IMG/VR virus record: IMGVR_UViG_3300026848_000008
Span: 1 to 62,005 of that record
DNA length: 62,005 bases
Strand: one strand, 5' to 3'
DNA from: a virus
Taxonomy: Duplodnaviria > Caudoviricetes
Shown in pieces: positions 10,135-20,834 of this stretch. The notes under the pieces were generated by a model that saw nothing but the letters and a program-made list of their open reading frames with translations, had not been told where the DNA came from and did not search any database. The translations under genes were made by a program, and so were the position numbers. The first letter of the stretch is position 1; each line of letters starts with the position of its first letter.

Positions 10135-11990
10135 TACGGCCTCTGCGACCCGCGACCGGGGGCAGGCGGAGTGGGGGGCGCTGCGGGGCGGCGCTGGATC
10201 GGCGCGCGACCGGGGGCTACGTCGGAGCGGGGGAGGGGGCGCTCATCCATGGGCGGGACAAGGCTCTCGATGTAGGCCCGCTGCCGGGCGATGGCTTCGA
10301 GGAGCGGACGGATGGACCTGTCGCGCTCGCGCCGCAGGGATTCCAGACCCTCCTTGAAGGCGGCGGGGTCGATGGCGGAGTCCACGCGGCTCCACGCGAG
10401 GTCGGAGGCGAGCCGCTCGTATTCCGCGCTGCTCGCGGCGATGTCCGCCTCGATGCCTCGTTCGAGATTGTCCAGCTCTTGGAGCTGGAGGCGCGGGTCT
10501 CCGCCGCCAAGACGGGTAGCCTGCTCGATGGCGTCCAGTTCCTCGTAGCCATTGGCGGTAATCATGCGCGTGTTGCCCTGCTCCTCCGCGAGCGCGTCTT
10601 CGAGACGGCGCGGCTTGGATGCCCCCATGGCCTCCAGCATGGCAGCGCCGCGAGCCTCGGAGGACATGACGACCGTGGGGTAGTTCTCGGTGATGTGCTG
10701 GGCCAGTGCGGAGGCCGGGGCATCGGCGAGATCGGACTTGCTGACGATGTCGTCGATGATCGCCGAGACCGCGCCCGGATTGATGTAGTTGCCCTGCGAG
10801 AGAACGGTCATGAAAGCCGTCTTGAGGTTCGCGGGGACGGCATCGGTCATGTATTTGCCGACGGCATCGAAGTTGGCTTCGGCGTCCTTCTGGATCAGCG
10901 AGGGGACATTCTTGCGCATCTCCTCGTATTGCCCGGCCTGCGTCGAACCGATGGCAGTCTGCATCTCCTTGAAGAGGCTGTCGGTCGCCAAGGCGATGTC
11001 CGCCTCGTCGTCGAGGTAGATGCTGACTTGGCGACGAATGAGTTCCTTCGCGTTCTCCGGCGCGTATTGAACGGCCTTGGCGATAGCCGGATCACTCTTG
11101 ATCGACTGGACCAACTGCGTGTCGCGGGCGACGCGATACTGGTCGAGGCGCATCCCGTGGTTCTCGGCCTCGCGCTGGCGCTCGATGCTGGCGCGGTCCC
11201 ACAGTTCCTTGGCCAGAGGTTCGAGGATTTCGGTGGGGGCGTTGGCCCCATAGAAGTCGCGGACGATCCCCATCACGGTTTCGGGGGTCGCGTCGTCAGC
11301 CAGACTGACCACGTCTTGGAGGCCCTCGCGCATGAGCGCGCGCTTCTTGGACGAGAGCTGCTGGTCCAGAGCATTGCCAAGCTGGTTGGACAGCAGGCCT
11401 TCGTAGCGAGTGCCCTTGAGGGAGGGCGAGGCGAAGTCGGCGAGGGCGCTCTGGTCGTAGTAGAGGCCAGCGTTGATGTTGGCCACGCCTTTGGACAGGA
11501 GGCTGTCGAACTCCTCGCGGTCGAGGCGGTCCAAGACGCCCTGCGGGTTGGCGTTGAGGATCATCGAGCGGAACTGCTGCTCCTGATCGGCGTCCTTGAT
11601 CCCGGCGTCCTTGACGAGAAAGTCCACGATCTGCCCGACATCGCGCGTGCCATTGGAGCGGGCCTTGCCGATGAGGCCAGAGAGCGCTTCACCCTGCCGG
11701 GTCTGTTCGATCAGCGCCTCGGTCTGGCGCTTGCGCAGGGAGTCCGCCTTGTTGCGCTCGCCCTGACGGCCAAGCTCTTGGAGGAGTTGGTCGGCGGGCA
11801 GCGCGCCGCGCAGGTAGTTGGAGCCGTCCGACATGTTATCGACGAAGGCCCGGAAGTCGCCATAGGTGGCCTCCGGGTTCTGCGCCTTGAACTGCTGGAA
11901 GGCGTCCGCGATCTTCTGGCGTTCGCCGCGAAGCCGCTGGCTCTCGTCGCGCGTGCCTTGCAGGAAGTCGGAGGTGTAGATGCCGAACAC
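10134..11990 (-). CDS. Internal virion/DNA-ejection protein
   Basis: 618-aa helical protein between ejection genes; TAATG overlap with the SLT gene. Confidence 0.6.
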   Translation of the reverse strand: MFGIYTSDFLQGTRDESQRLRGERQKIADAFQQFKAQNPEATYGDFRAFVDNMSDGSNYLRGALPADQLLQELGRQGERNKADSLRKRQTEALIEQTRQGEALSGLIGKARSNGTRDVGQIVDFLVKDAGIKDADQEQQFRSMILNANPQGVLDRLDREEFDSLLSKGVANINAGLYYDQSALADFASPSLKGTRYEGLLSNQLGNALDQQLSSKKRALMREGLQDVVSLADDATPETVMGIVRDFYGANAPTEILEPLAKELWDRASIERQREAENHGMRLDQYRVARDTQLVQSIKSDPAIAKAVQYAPENAKELIRRQVSIYLDDEADIALATDSLFKEMQTAIGSTQAGQYEEMRKNVPSLIQKDAEANFDAVGKYMTDAVPANLKTAFMTVLSQGNYINPGAVSAIIDDIVSKSDLADAPASALAQHITENYPTVVMSSEARGAAMLEAMGASKPRRLEDALAEEQGNTRMITANGYEELDAIEQATRLGGGDPRLQLQELDNLERGIEADIAASSAEYERLASDLAWSRVDSAIDPAAFKEGLESLRRERDRSIRPLLEAIARQRAYIESLVPPMDERPLPRSDVAPGRAPIQRRPAAPPTPPAPGRGSQRP

Positions 11991-12002
11991 TCTGCTGCTC
12001 CC

Positions 12003-13916
12003 TTAGAAGTATCCCGCGTTGCGCGGATCATACATGGCCCCCGTGACCATGTAGGGGTTGGCGCTCCCCCCGTTCCAGCCCGCCGCGTAATAGGGGTCGA
12101 GCGAGGTGCCACCCGCGCTGGAGCCGGAGCCGGAGTTGTCGAGGAAGGCCCCGAACTCCTTCATGAAGTTGGTGAAGCCAGCGCCCGCCTGCGCGGCGGC
12201 CTGCCCGGCGCGGGCGTCCGACTGGTAGGCCTGCTGCGAGCGGCTGTTCAGGACGCTGCCGAAGCCGCTGTTTGCGCCGCTGAAAAGCGAAGACGCGCTG
12301 GAGATGTTCGGGAGCTGCCAGCCGTAGATGCCATCGTAGGACGCCGCGCCGGGGCCGATGCCGCTGGCGAAGTCATAGACGCCCGACATGTTCGAGCCGA
12401 GGCTGGCGTCCGACGGCGCATAGACGCCGGACCCGACGGCCAGAGGCGAGGAGTAGTCGTTGGCCGAACCAAAGTCGCGCGAGAGCATCGACGAATTGAC
12501 GGAGAGCGGGCTGCCATAGTTGGTCGCCGAGCCGACGCCCATGTTGAAATTGCCCGAGCCGACCGAGATGGGCGCGCTGTAGTCGTTGCCCGAGACGAGC
12601 GCGCGGTCATAGACCGCGCTGCCGACATCGGTGAACTGCGGCCCGCCCAGCGCGCTGCGCACATCGGGAGACTGCATGAGCATCTGGACCGGGACGCCGT
12701 AAGCCTGCGCCACCTCCTCGATGCCGGACTGGCGGCGGAGCCGCTCCATCTCGTCGGAGAGGCGGATTTGGTCGTTGATCCCGGCGACGTATTGGACGGC
12801 CTCGGAGCGCGCGGCGGTGCGCGCCTTGGCCATCTCTTCGCCAAGACGGGCGGCCACGTCGGAGCGCTCGGCGGTCGCGCGGGTCGAGGCATCCATGCCG
12901 CCACGAATGAGGTTCGCCTCGTTGATCGAGGCGACGCGGTCGGCCATGGAGTTGATGTCATCGACGGCGACCTGCTCGCGGCGCGCGCTCTCGGCAGCCA
13001 CGTCCGCCTCGCCGAGATACTCGACGGGGGCCATGGGGCCGAAGCGGCTGATCGTCTGTTCGAGGGCCTGCCCGTAGCGGTTGGTCGCATCGTCCAGCAT
13101 GTTGCGGCGCTGGATGTCGTAGTTCCGTTCGGCCATGGCCTGCGCGCGGGCCTGCCGGTATTCGGCTTCTTGGAAGGCGCGCTCGGACATGCGCTGCGTG
13201 GCGGCGCGCTCGAACTGGCCAACGTCTTGGGCGCGCTCGGACTCGGCGGTCTGGCGCGACTGTTCGAGAAGGCCAAGGGCCTGCTCGCGTTCGCTGGCGG
13301 CGGTCTGCTGACCACGGCGCAGTTCGCCGATGTCGAAGGTGCGCTCGCTGGCCGCGAGGTCGCGGTTGTAGTCGAGGTAGGAGAGCGCCTGATCGCGCTC
13401 CTGCTCAAGACGCCCGATGTCCTGCTGATACCAGAGCATCTGCTGCTGGCGTTCCTGCTGGGCGATCTGCTGGGCACGCTCCATCTCTTGGAGCGCGCGG
13501 TTGCGCTCGGAGGTGGTGATCTGCGTGTTGTTCTGGAGCGACGCGAGGCGGCGCTGGTATTCTTGGTTGGCCGCGTAGTCGAGTTGCTGGACGCGCTGGA
13601 GCTGGTAGTTGCGTTCGAGGAGCGCGCGGGCGCGATCCTGCTCGACGAGCGTGCGCGCGTAATCGCGCTGGTCGATGGCAAGCTGCTGGCCCTGCCGGTT
13701 CTGGTCGTAGGCGTAGTCGAGGAGGCCGTTCTCGCGCCCGAGCAGGTCCATCCCGATACCCATCTGCTGGCGCGACAGGTTAAGGATGTCGTTCTCGGTT
13801 TCACGGCGAAGCGAGGCGTCATACATCGCCGCCTCGGCAGCCGCGTTGGCCCCGAACATGCCGCCGACCGCTCCGAGGAGGGAGCCGCCGAGACTAAGAG
13901 CAGCAGAGAAAGCCAT
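12003..13916 (-). CDS. Internal virion/DNA-ejection (pilot-like) protein
   Basis: Gly/Ala hydrophobic N-terminus, Gln/Arg coiled coil, Ser/Gly-rich repeats; position in the late operon. Confidence 0.6.
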   Translation of the reverse strand: MAFSAALSLGGSLLGAVGGMFGANAAAEAAMYDASLRRETENDILNLSRQQMGIGMDLLGRENGLLDYAYDQNRQGQQLAIDQRDYARTLVEQDRARALLERNYQLQRVQQLDYAANQEYQRRLASLQNNTQITTSERNRALQEMERAQQIAQQERQQQMLWYQQDIGRLEQERDQALSYLDYNRDLAASERTFDIGELRRGQQTAASEREQALGLLEQSRQTAESERAQDVGQFERAATQRMSERAFQEAEYRQARAQAMAERNYDIQRRNMLDDATNRYGQALEQTISRFGPMAPVEYLGEADVAAESARREQVAVDDINSMADRVASINEANLIRGGMDASTRATAERSDVAARLGEEMAKARTAARSEAVQYVAGINDQIRLSDEMERLRRQSGIEEVAQAYGVPVQMLMQSPDVRSALGGPQFTDVGSAVYDRALVSGNDYSAPISVGSGNFNMGVGSATNYGSPLSVNSSMLSRDFGSANDYSSPLAVGSGVYAPSDASLGSNMSGVYDFASGIGPGAASYDGIYGWQLPNISSASSLFSGANSGFGSVLNSRSQQAYQSDARAGQAAAQAGAGFTNFMKEFGAFLDNSGSGSSAGGTSLDPYYAAGWNGGSANPYMVTGAMYDPRNAGYF

Positions 13917-13930
13917 GGTCGGTGTGCTCC

Positions 13931-16444
13931 TTACAGGCCAAGACTGCGGGAGAAGGCGGACTGCACGCCGCCGCTGTTCAGCAGTTGCAGCAGTTCGCGG
14001 TAGTCCACGTTCTGGATGGGCGAGTAGCGCAGGTTGTTGAAGAAGCGCTCCATGTTGTTGCTGGCGATCTGTTCGTATCCGGCTTGGGCGTCGGCGGCGT
14101 TCACATCGGCCAGCGTGGCGCGGTCGGTAGCGATCCGGCCCTGCTCGTCTTCGACACGGCCCCAGAGCGAGGAGAGTTCGTCGCTGGCCTGCGAGGCCCC
14201 GTATTGGTTGCTCTCCAGTTCGAGCGCCTTGAGGGCCTCGATCTGGGCGTTGAGGTCTTCGTCGCCGAAGAAGGTGGTGCCCTTGAGGTTGGTCAGCATG
14301 TCCTTCGCCTGCTTCTCGATACCCGTGCGATAGGTATTGAGTTCGCTGGTGCGGTCGTCCGCGAGGCCGAGGGCGTCGGAGAAGGCTTGGCGCACGCTGT
14401 TCACGTCGTTGCCGGTGAACATGGAGAGTTCGTTGAGGCGCTGGGTGATGTCGTTGCGGGCATCGCCGATGGTTCCGGTATCCCAGAGATCGGCGTTGCT
14501 GATGGTGTCGGCGAAGCCGGAGGCGTCGAAGCCGCCGAGGGCTTCGGCCCGGTCGGCGAGAAGCTGCTCGATCTGCGTCTTGGCTTGGCCCAGCACGTCG
14601 TTGGCCCCCGAGAAGTCGGAGGAGAGCAGGCTGGCGAACCCGGCGTTGCTGGCCTGCGCGTCGTTGATGCTGGTGAGCATTTGTTCGAGCGAGCCACGGT
14701 CGTAGATGTTCGCGAGATTGGCCGAGTTCAGGAGGGCGTTCGCGCTGCCGAGCGAGGAGTTCTGCGCGGCATTGACGCGCGCCTCCTCGGCGGCGCGGTC
14801 GCTGTAGAGCTGGGCGATCTGGCTATCGAGGCTGCTGTATTCGTCGAAGAGATCGCCGAAATCGAACTGGAGATCGGACGAGAAGCCCCGGCTCGTGCGG
14901 TCGAGGTTGGAGAGCGCCGTGTCGAGGCCCTTGATGCCGTCGAGGTCGGCGATAGTCAGCCCACCAGCCTGATCTTTCAGGGCCGCAAGCTGGCCCGCGA
15001 GGTCGCCCTTGAAGGCGTCGATGCGGTCGAGTTCCGTCTGGCGCTGGCCGCGCTTGTCGGCGAGCATCTGGGCCATGGCGTCGAGGGGGTTGAGTTCCTG
15101 CGAAAGGTCGAAGCCCATCTGCGACTGGAAGGCAGCAGCCTCGTCGCGCAGTTTCTTGGCCCGGAAATCGAGCGCGTCGAAGGCGGAGGCGTCACCGATG
15201 CCGAGGCCGAAGGCATCCGCTTCGAGCGCGTTCGCGCGCTGGAGCAGGCTGCTCTCGAAGTTCGAGATGCGCTGCTCCTCGGCGGCCCGCTTGTTGTAGA
15301 GGGCGTCGATCTTGGAATTGACGTTGTTGTAGGCGGCCATCGCGCCGGAGAAGTCGAAGGGGACTTCGCCGTCGTAGGTCTGCATCCCGAGGGCGGCGGC
15401 GTCGATCTGGTCGTCCAGCGACTTGATCTGGTCGTAATCGCCGATGTTCAGGCCGGAGAGCTGGTTCAGCACGTTGCTGAACAGGCCCATGTTGGTGAGC
15501 TTGGTCGCGTTCGCGCTGTCGAGCGCCGTGTTCCGCTGGGTGCGCAGGTCGGCGAGGCCGGAAGCCACGTCTTGGAAGTCCTGCTCGGTCGAATTGTAAC
15601 CGAAGTAATCTCCGAACTCGGGGAGCAGGCTCGACGTGAAGCCACGGCGCTGGGTTTCGAGGCGGCTAAGATCGCCTTGGAGGGTGTTGATCCCGGCGAG
15701 ATCGGCGGCGGTCAGGCCAGCAAGACGCGACTCCAGATCGGCAAGGCCGGTCTGGTAGGTGGTCTGGTAGTTCTTGACCCGGTCGAGTTCCTCTTGGCGC
15801 TGCGTGCGAAGGTTGCCGATGTTGGCGAGGGCCTGATTGACCTGATTGAGATAGTTCTGGCCCGTCGTGATGTCGGGCGAGAGCAGCGAGGGCGCGTTCA
15901 GGCTGACGGTCTCGCCGCCATAGGGGGTGGTGACGACCGACTGGAAGGTGGGAGCCGCGAGGTTGAAGCCGAGCAGCCCGCTGAAATCATAGGAAGTCGG
16001 CGAGGTCTGCTGCTGGCTCGAAGTCTGTGTCGTAGTCGGAAAGGTGTCCGCCCCAAGGAGCGCACCAGTCGCGAGTGCCATTTTGCCCTGCCACGAGTCC
16101 CACCCGCTGGTATCCCCGAAGGAGGTGTTGGTCGTCGAGGTCGTGGGCGTCGTAGTCGGGGAGTATTGGAACGTCCAAGGGTTGGAAGCCTCCGTCTTGA
16201 GGTTGGACCAGAAGTTGTAGGCGTCGTCGAGCTTGTCCGGGCTGGTGATATTCAGGTTGCCGTAGTCGGCGAGGCCTTGGTTCACCTTCGAGCCGAAGTC
16301 GGCGATGTTGTTGTTGAAGGCCGTGGCAGCCGCGTTGTATTGCGACGCCTGCTTATCGTAGGCGCTCTGCTGCTGCTTCTGGAACGCAGACTTCTGCGTG
16401 CTGTAGTCCGGCGGGGGCGGGGGTGCTTTCGGGCTGCCGCACAT
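13931..16444 (-). CDS. Internal virion protein, coiled-coil repeats
   Basis: MCGSPKAPPPPPDY start typical of podovirus ejection proteins; repeated helical units. Confidence 0.6.
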   Translation of the reverse strand: MCGSPKAPPPPPDYSTQKSAFQKQQQSAYDKQASQYNAAATAFNNNIADFGSKVNQGLADYGNLNITSPDKLDDAYNFWSNLKTEASNPWTFQYSPTTTPTTSTTNTSFGDTSGWDSWQGKMALATGALLGADTFPTTTQTSSQQQTSPTSYDFSGLLGFNLAAPTFQSVVTTPYGGETVSLNAPSLLSPDITTGQNYLNQVNQALANIGNLRTQRQEELDRVKNYQTTYQTGLADLESRLAGLTAADLAGINTLQGDLSRLETQRRGFTSSLLPEFGDYFGYNSTEQDFQDVASGLADLRTQRNTALDSANATKLTNMGLFSNVLNQLSGLNIGDYDQIKSLDDQIDAAALGMQTYDGEVPFDFSGAMAAYNNVNSKIDALYNKRAAEEQRISNFESSLLQRANALEADAFGLGIGDASAFDALDFRAKKLRDEAAAFQSQMGFDLSQELNPLDAMAQMLADKRGQRQTELDRIDAFKGDLAGQLAALKDQAGGLTIADLDGIKGLDTALSNLDRTSRGFSSDLQFDFGDLFDEYSSLDSQIAQLYSDRAAEEARVNAAQNSSLGSANALLNSANLANIYDRGSLEQMLTSINDAQASNAGFASLLSSDFSGANDVLGQAKTQIEQLLADRAEALGGFDASGFADTISNADLWDTGTIGDARNDITQRLNELSMFTGNDVNSVRQAFSDALGLADDRTSELNTYRTGIEKQAKDMLTNLKGTTFFGDEDLNAQIEALKALELESNQYGASQASDELSSLWGRVEDEQGRIATDRATLADVNAADAQAGYEQIASNNMERFFNNLRYSPIQNVDYRELLQLLNSGGVQSAFSRSLGL

Positions 16445-16445
16445 C

Positions 16446-16922
16446 TCAAATCACCTTCTTCAAGATCGGGCCGCGATATTCGTAGCCAAGACGTTGATAG
16501 ACTGCGGAGGTCAGGTCGTTGTCGATGTTGGCGGCAACGCCGATGACAACTTCCATGGCTCCCGCCTCTTCTTTGGCCCACCGCTCGAACGCCTTGATGA
16601 GCGCCGCGCAGGTAAAGCCACCTCGAAATTCAGGGGCGACATACATCGCCATCTCGTGAGCGACGCGCGCCTTGGAGAAGTAGAACTCGTGGGCGACGCC
16701 GAACTTGAAACCCTTGAGGGTTCCGTCTTCGTTCTGCGCCATGAGAACGACGCCGTCGTCCGGGTTGCCGATGCAGCCGAGGAGGGTCTGCGTGAGCTGG
16801 TCTTCGTCGAAGGGGATGTGCGCGAAGACGGACTCGGCGTGCATACGCCGAGCCAGTTCCATTACTTTCCAAGCGTCTTCAAAAGTGGCGGCTTTGCGGA
16901 TCACGACGGGGTCACGGAACAT
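16446..16922 (-). CDS. GNAT-family acetyltransferase
   Basis: IRKAATFED start, MYVAPEFRGG acetyl-CoA motif, YQRLGY end. Confidence 0.85.
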   Translation of the reverse strand: MFRDPVVIRKAATFEDAWKVMELARRMHAESVFAHIPFDEDQLTQTLLGCIGNPDDGVVLMAQNEDGTLKGFKFGVAHEFYFSKARVAHEMAMYVAPEFRGGFTCAALIKAFERWAKEEAGAMEVVIGVAANIDNDLTSAVYQRLGYEYRGPILKKVI

Positions 16923-18481
16923 CCAATGGCCACGTCGAGGTCGGAGGCCCCGGCAGCGGCGGTGATGATGACGCCGATGGTCTTCGACGCGCCAGTGGCA
17001 TCGACATCCTGCGGCACATCGGGGTTCCCGCCTTGGCCCAGCTTGACCTCGGTGGGGGTGACGGAGACGGAGAAGACCGTGCCGACGCCGACGCCATTGA
17101 TGGCGAGCTGGGCCGAGCAGGTGCCTGCCGAGAGGCGGAGCGCGATGCTGTCCACCTCGACGCGCTCGTTCCAGATGCGGCGGACGGCCTTGGTGCCATT
17201 GGCCAGCGCGCCGGAGTAAACCTCGGCGATGGTCTTGCGGCTGATGCTGTCGGGAAGCTGGGCGACCGGCAGCTTGGCCGAGCCGTCGAGGGTGGCCACG
17301 CCGGAGGCGGAGCCTTTCTGGGACAGCGGAATCACGCTGGAGAGGTCGATCTCGGAGAACTCAAGGCCGGTGCCCGTGCCGTTGACGCGCAAGACGCGCA
17401 GCGCGCTCGCCGCGTTGAAGGACGGAATGGCGGAGACGGGCGTGGTTTCGAGCCACTGGATGCCGTCGTAGAACTTGAGGGCGTTCGGGGTGGCCGTGGT
17501 GTCGAGCCAGAGATCGCCGACCACCGGGCCAGCGGGGGTTCCGGCGGAGACGGTGAGCTTGGCGCTCTCGGCGGCCAGCGAGACGAGGCCGCTCACCTTG
17601 GCCTGCGGGATGGCCTCGTCTTCGATGTTGATCTTCTCGAAATGGATCAGGCCCGAGGTGAGATCAACGAAGTTCTCTTCGAGCATGAGGCCGGTGACGG
17701 CGGTCGTCAGCGCGTTCTCGACGGTCATGATCGTGACGATGTTGCCCGAGGGAACGGGCGTCAGGAAGGTGACGGTGTCGGTGGTTGCCGAGGTGGTGTA
17801 GTCATAGGCACCGCCCTCGCGCTGGAGCACGCCGTTGAGGAAGACGAGGAGGCGCGAGGTCTCGTCGTGGACAAAGGGGAAGACGGCCTGCGTGGCGACC
17901 GTCTCGGTGTCGGCGCGGGTGTAGCCGGTGATGAGTTCGGAGCGCACCTTGAAGAGCGAGACGCTCTCGGTCCCGACGAAGGCCACGTTGAAGACGACGG
18001 CAGAGGTGCCGCCGGTGCCGCCGGTGGGCGCAAGCTGGTAGTCCGCGCCGATGCCCTCGGTCTGGAGGACGCCATCGACGAAGGCGAGGATCGCGTCGGT
18101 CGCTTCGTAGGCGTAGTCGAGCGTGGTCGCGAGGGCGGCGGGAGCGTAGTCCTGACGGCCATAGAGGAGCGGAGCGCCGATCTCGCCGACGTTCGCACCC
18201 GGTTCGCCGCGCACGTCATCGAGGGCCAGCAGGGGCAGCCATCCATCGTCTTCTTCGAGGAAGGTGCCGATGCGGTATTCGATGCCGCCTTCGCTGTCCT
18301 TGCGGAACTCGATGGGGCCAGCGAAGTTGCCGTCGATGTCGAAGATTTGCGCCAGCAGTTCGCCGACGGTCTTGTTGCCGAGTTCGGCGGAGTTCAGGTA
18401 ACGGACGAGGCTCTCGATCTCCGTGTGGATGTTCGAGGACGAACCGTAGTTCTGCGGATAGAGTTGGCGAAGACGGCCCAT
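16901..18481 (-). CDS. Tail/fibre-associated structural protein
   Basis: Two repeats with VFL/FVDGVLQ..G..DY; PVVGDLWLDT...LKFYDGIQW fibre motif; N-terminus resembles that of the 24376-27627 fibre. Confidence 0.65.
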   Translation of the reverse strand: MGRLRQLYPQNYGSSSNIHTEIESLVRYLNSAELGNKTVGELLAQIFDIDGNFAGPIEFRKDSEGGIEYRIGTFLEEDDGWLPLLALDDVRGEPGANVGEIGAPLLYGRQDYAPAALATTLDYAYEATDAILAFVDGVLQTEGIGADYQLAPTGGTGGTSAVVFNVAFVGTESVSLFKVRSELITGYTRADTETVATQAVFPFVHDETSRLLVFLNGVLQREGGAYDYTTSATTDTVTFLTPVPSGNIVTIMTVENALTTAVTGLMLEENFVDLTSGLIHFEKINIEDEAIPQAKVSGLVSLAAESAKLTVSAGTPAGPVVGDLWLDTTATPNALKFYDGIQWLETTPVSAIPSFNAASALRVLRVNGTGTGLEFSEIDLSSVIPLSQKGSASGVATLDGSAKLPVAQLPDSISRKTIAEVYSGALANGTKAVRRIWNERVEVDSIALRLSAGTCSAQLAINGVGVGTVFSVSVTPTEVKLGQGGNPDVPQDVDATGASKTIGVIITAAAGASDLDVAIGCSVTPS

Positions 18482-18482
18482 T

Positions 18483-20000
18483 TTACTTCCTCAAGACGAC
18501 TGCGAAACCCGAGAGTCGGAAGAGGCCCTTGCTCTTGATGGTGAAGCGGAGCTGGAGGCCTCGGTAGCGACGCTCGAATTTGAGCTGGTATTGACGGCGC
18601 AACGCTACGTCGGGGAACTTGTTGTCGTCGTCCGTCTCGTCCACTTCGAGGTAGATCGAGCCAAGGTCGCGCCCGTCCTCGCTGTAGGCGTTGATGGTCA
18701 TCTCGGCCTTCCCGCTCGCTTGCACGATCAGGGCCGAAACTTCCTTGGTATCGTCGAGCGCGCCGTGCCAGAGGATGGGGGTCTCGAAGGTGATCTCGGG
18801 GGAGACGCCGTCTTCGGACTCCTGCTCCAAGACATCGTAGGTGCCGCCCTTGGTCCCCACGGCCATCACGCCGCCGAGCGAGGCGGCGGTGATGGTATTC
18901 AGGCCGGAGGCCGTGCTCCACTTGGGGATCGGCTCGCCGCGCCCGGACTGGAGCATCTCGTCGGTGGGCGTGAGGGTCATGACGAGCGCGCGGACTTCGC
19001 CGTTCTTGAGGGGGAAATAGACGCGATACTGGCGCGCGTCGCGGTCCCAGACGCCCGTGATCTGCTGGTAGTCATCGACGGAGGCCAGCAGGCTCCGGTA
19101 GGTGACGGAGACCTTGTCGGACATGGAGTGCGAGAAGACGGTGATGCCGTTTTCGGCGCTGCGGCGGATCGAGTGGATGCCCGAGCGCGAGCAGAAGAGG
19201 AGGTCGGTCCCGGCCTGCACGATGGAGTTGTGCGAGACGCAGCCGATCTGGATGTTGGTCCGGTCCTCGATCTGCCAGTTGTTGATGTCGGGGTCGATCT
19301 GATAGACGAGGCAGCGGTCCTGCGTGAAGATCGCGATGCGGTTCTGCTCGAAGGAGCCGAGGCCGGTGATGCGGTCGGCGGTGCCCAGCAGATTGCCCAC
19401 GTCGATGTAACCGGCACGCAAGACGTTCTCGCTGTCGGAAGGTTCTTCGTCGGAGAAAATCTGGTCGTTATCGACGCGCGAAATGTCCACGATAGTATCG
19501 CGCCCGGCGGCCCCGGCGACGCAGAGGCGGCGCTGGACGGCCACGGCGTAGGCGGGGCGGAAGAGCGTGAGGCTGTTGCTCTGCGCGGCCTCCCACTTGG
19601 ACCCGTCATAGACATAGGGTTGCAGGCCAGCGGCAAGGAAGAAGGCCTTGCGGTTGAAGATCACCGAGCTGGGGATCGCCGTCGTGGGCCAGCCGGGGTC
19701 CACTTCGTGGCCCTCGTCGTTGTTGAACCACACGCCGTCGCCGCGCTTCTCCGCCCAGCACAGGAGGGTCGGTGCGAACCAGCGCATGTGGTGGACCGGA
19801 AAGTCGCCCGCACGCTTCTGGATCGAGGGTTCGTTCACGATCTGGCCGCGCCAGTCGCAATAGGCATTGTTGATCGCGGCGAGATGCTGCTGCTGCCCGG
19901 TCTCCATGGCCGTGCGGGCACGGCTGTCGTCGAGGCCCATGAAGCCATCGTAGGAGGAGGGCTTCTCGGGGAAGCCGCGCGGGGAACGGGTCGAACTCAA
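18483..20000 (-). CDS. Tail nozzle / packaged-DNA stabilisation protein (P22 gp10-like)
   Basis: 505 aa, beta-rich, IGCVSHNSIVQAG motif; follows the adaptor. Confidence 0.7.
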   Translation of the reverse strand: MSSTRSPRGFPEKPSSYDGFMGLDDSRARTAMETGQQQHLAAINNAYCDWRGQIVNEPSIQKRAGDFPVHHMRWFAPTLLCWAEKRGDGVWFNNDEGHEVDPGWPTTAIPSSVIFNRKAFFLAAGLQPYVYDGSKWEAAQSNSLTLFRPAYAVAVQRRLCVAGAAGRDTIVDISRVDNDQIFSDEEPSDSENVLRAGYIDVGNLLGTADRITGLGSFEQNRIAIFTQDRCLVYQIDPDINNWQIEDRTNIQIGCVSHNSIVQAGTDLLFCSRSGIHSIRRSAENGITVFSHSMSDKVSVTYRSLLASVDDYQQITGVWDRDARQYRVYFPLKNGEVRALVMTLTPTDEMLQSGRGEPIPKWSTASGLNTITAASLGGVMAVGTKGGTYDVLEQESEDGVSPEITFETPILWHGALDDTKEVSALIVQASGKAEMTINAYSEDGRDLGSIYLEVDETDDDNKFPDVALRRQYQLKFERRYRGLQLRFTIKSKGLFRLSGFAVVLRK

Positions 20001-20437
20001 GAGCGGCCTCCGCGACTGCCGCCATCCATCACTTCGAGGGTGATCGGGCCATGGCCGCGCAGGATGCCGAGGAGCCGCTGGTTCATGGTGCGCGCATACT
20101 GGCCCATGTAGGTCTGGGCCTTCTGGCTCATCTGCTGGACCGCGTAGTGGTAGAGCAGGCCTTGGATGATGATGGCGTCCGGCAGGGGCCGGATGTCGGT
20201 CTGGGACGTGTAGTAGTCCAGATCGGTCATGAGGCCCTTGGTGTAGGCGTCTTCGTAGTAGGGGTGGGCGCGGACTTCGTCGAGGATGAGGTTGGCGAAC
20301 TCAAGGAACATGAGGATGGTGTCGCCACCCACGGAGCCGGGGACGAAGTCGCCGTAGCGGCGCAGCGCTTGGCGAGCCAGCGTCTCCAAGGGAGAGTTGG
20401 GTTCGCTGATCTGCGGATTATGGACGCTGCTGGCCAT
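19997..20437 (-). CDS. Head-tail adaptor protein
   Basis: 146 aa helical protein between capsid and nozzle genes; LPDAIIIQGLLYHY. Confidence 0.6.
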   Translation of the reverse strand: MASSVHNPQISEPNSPLETLARQALRRYGDFVPGSVGGDTILMFLEFANLILDEVRAHPYYEDAYTKGLMTDLDYYTSQTDIRPLPDAIIIQGLLYHYAVQQMSQKAQTYMGQYARTMNQRLLGILRGHGPITLEVMDGGSRGGRS

Positions 20438-20455
20438 GAGGCGACTCCGTCTTGG

Positions 20456-20755
20456 TTAGATGCTCACCTGCTCGCGGCGCACCCGGCCAGAGACCACGAA
20501 GTGGTGCGCGTCGTAGCGCCCGGCCTTGTCGGCGGGGATACGCCACGCAAGGCGCTCGCCTTCCCAGCGGAAGGACGGGAAGGGGCCGATATTGAAGCTG
20601 ACGCTTTCCTTGTCGGTCGAGACGAACAGAACCCAATCGCTCTGCTTGGGAGCCGAGGGAGACTCGTCCTTGGGAAGCTTGGTGCCGACCGGGCCGGTGT
20701 CTTCCGTCTTGGCTTCGGGGGTGGTAGCGGGGGCTGCCTTCTTGGCGGGAGGCAT
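20456..20755 (-). CDS. Hypothetical protein after capsid gene
   Basis: GGAG SD upstream; 99-aa ORF in operon. Confidence 0.6.
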   Translation of the reverse strand: MPPAKKAAPATTPEAKTEDTGPVGTKLPKDESPSAPKQSDWVLFVSTDKESVSFNIGPFPSFRWEGERLAWRIPADKAGRYDAHHFVVSGRVRREQVSI

Positions 20756-20834
20756 AGATATTCTCCAGAAAATGAAAGGGCCGGAGCGTTGGCTCCGGCC
20801 CAGACATTGCCCAGAAGGCTGGGAGGCGTCGTCC

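Noticed and set aside
352-10275. 3307-aa + strand ORF (and similar long antisense ORFs at 10479-14003, 13922-16546, 24622-27786, 28057-31713, 36823-39006, 39086-41248, 52290-54197)
   Set aside because: The 352-10275 ORF is in codon register with the real opposite-strand gene, and the others likewise shadow real genes. High-GC genes rarely use TTA/CTA/TCA, so antisense stops are scarce. The translations show no motifs.
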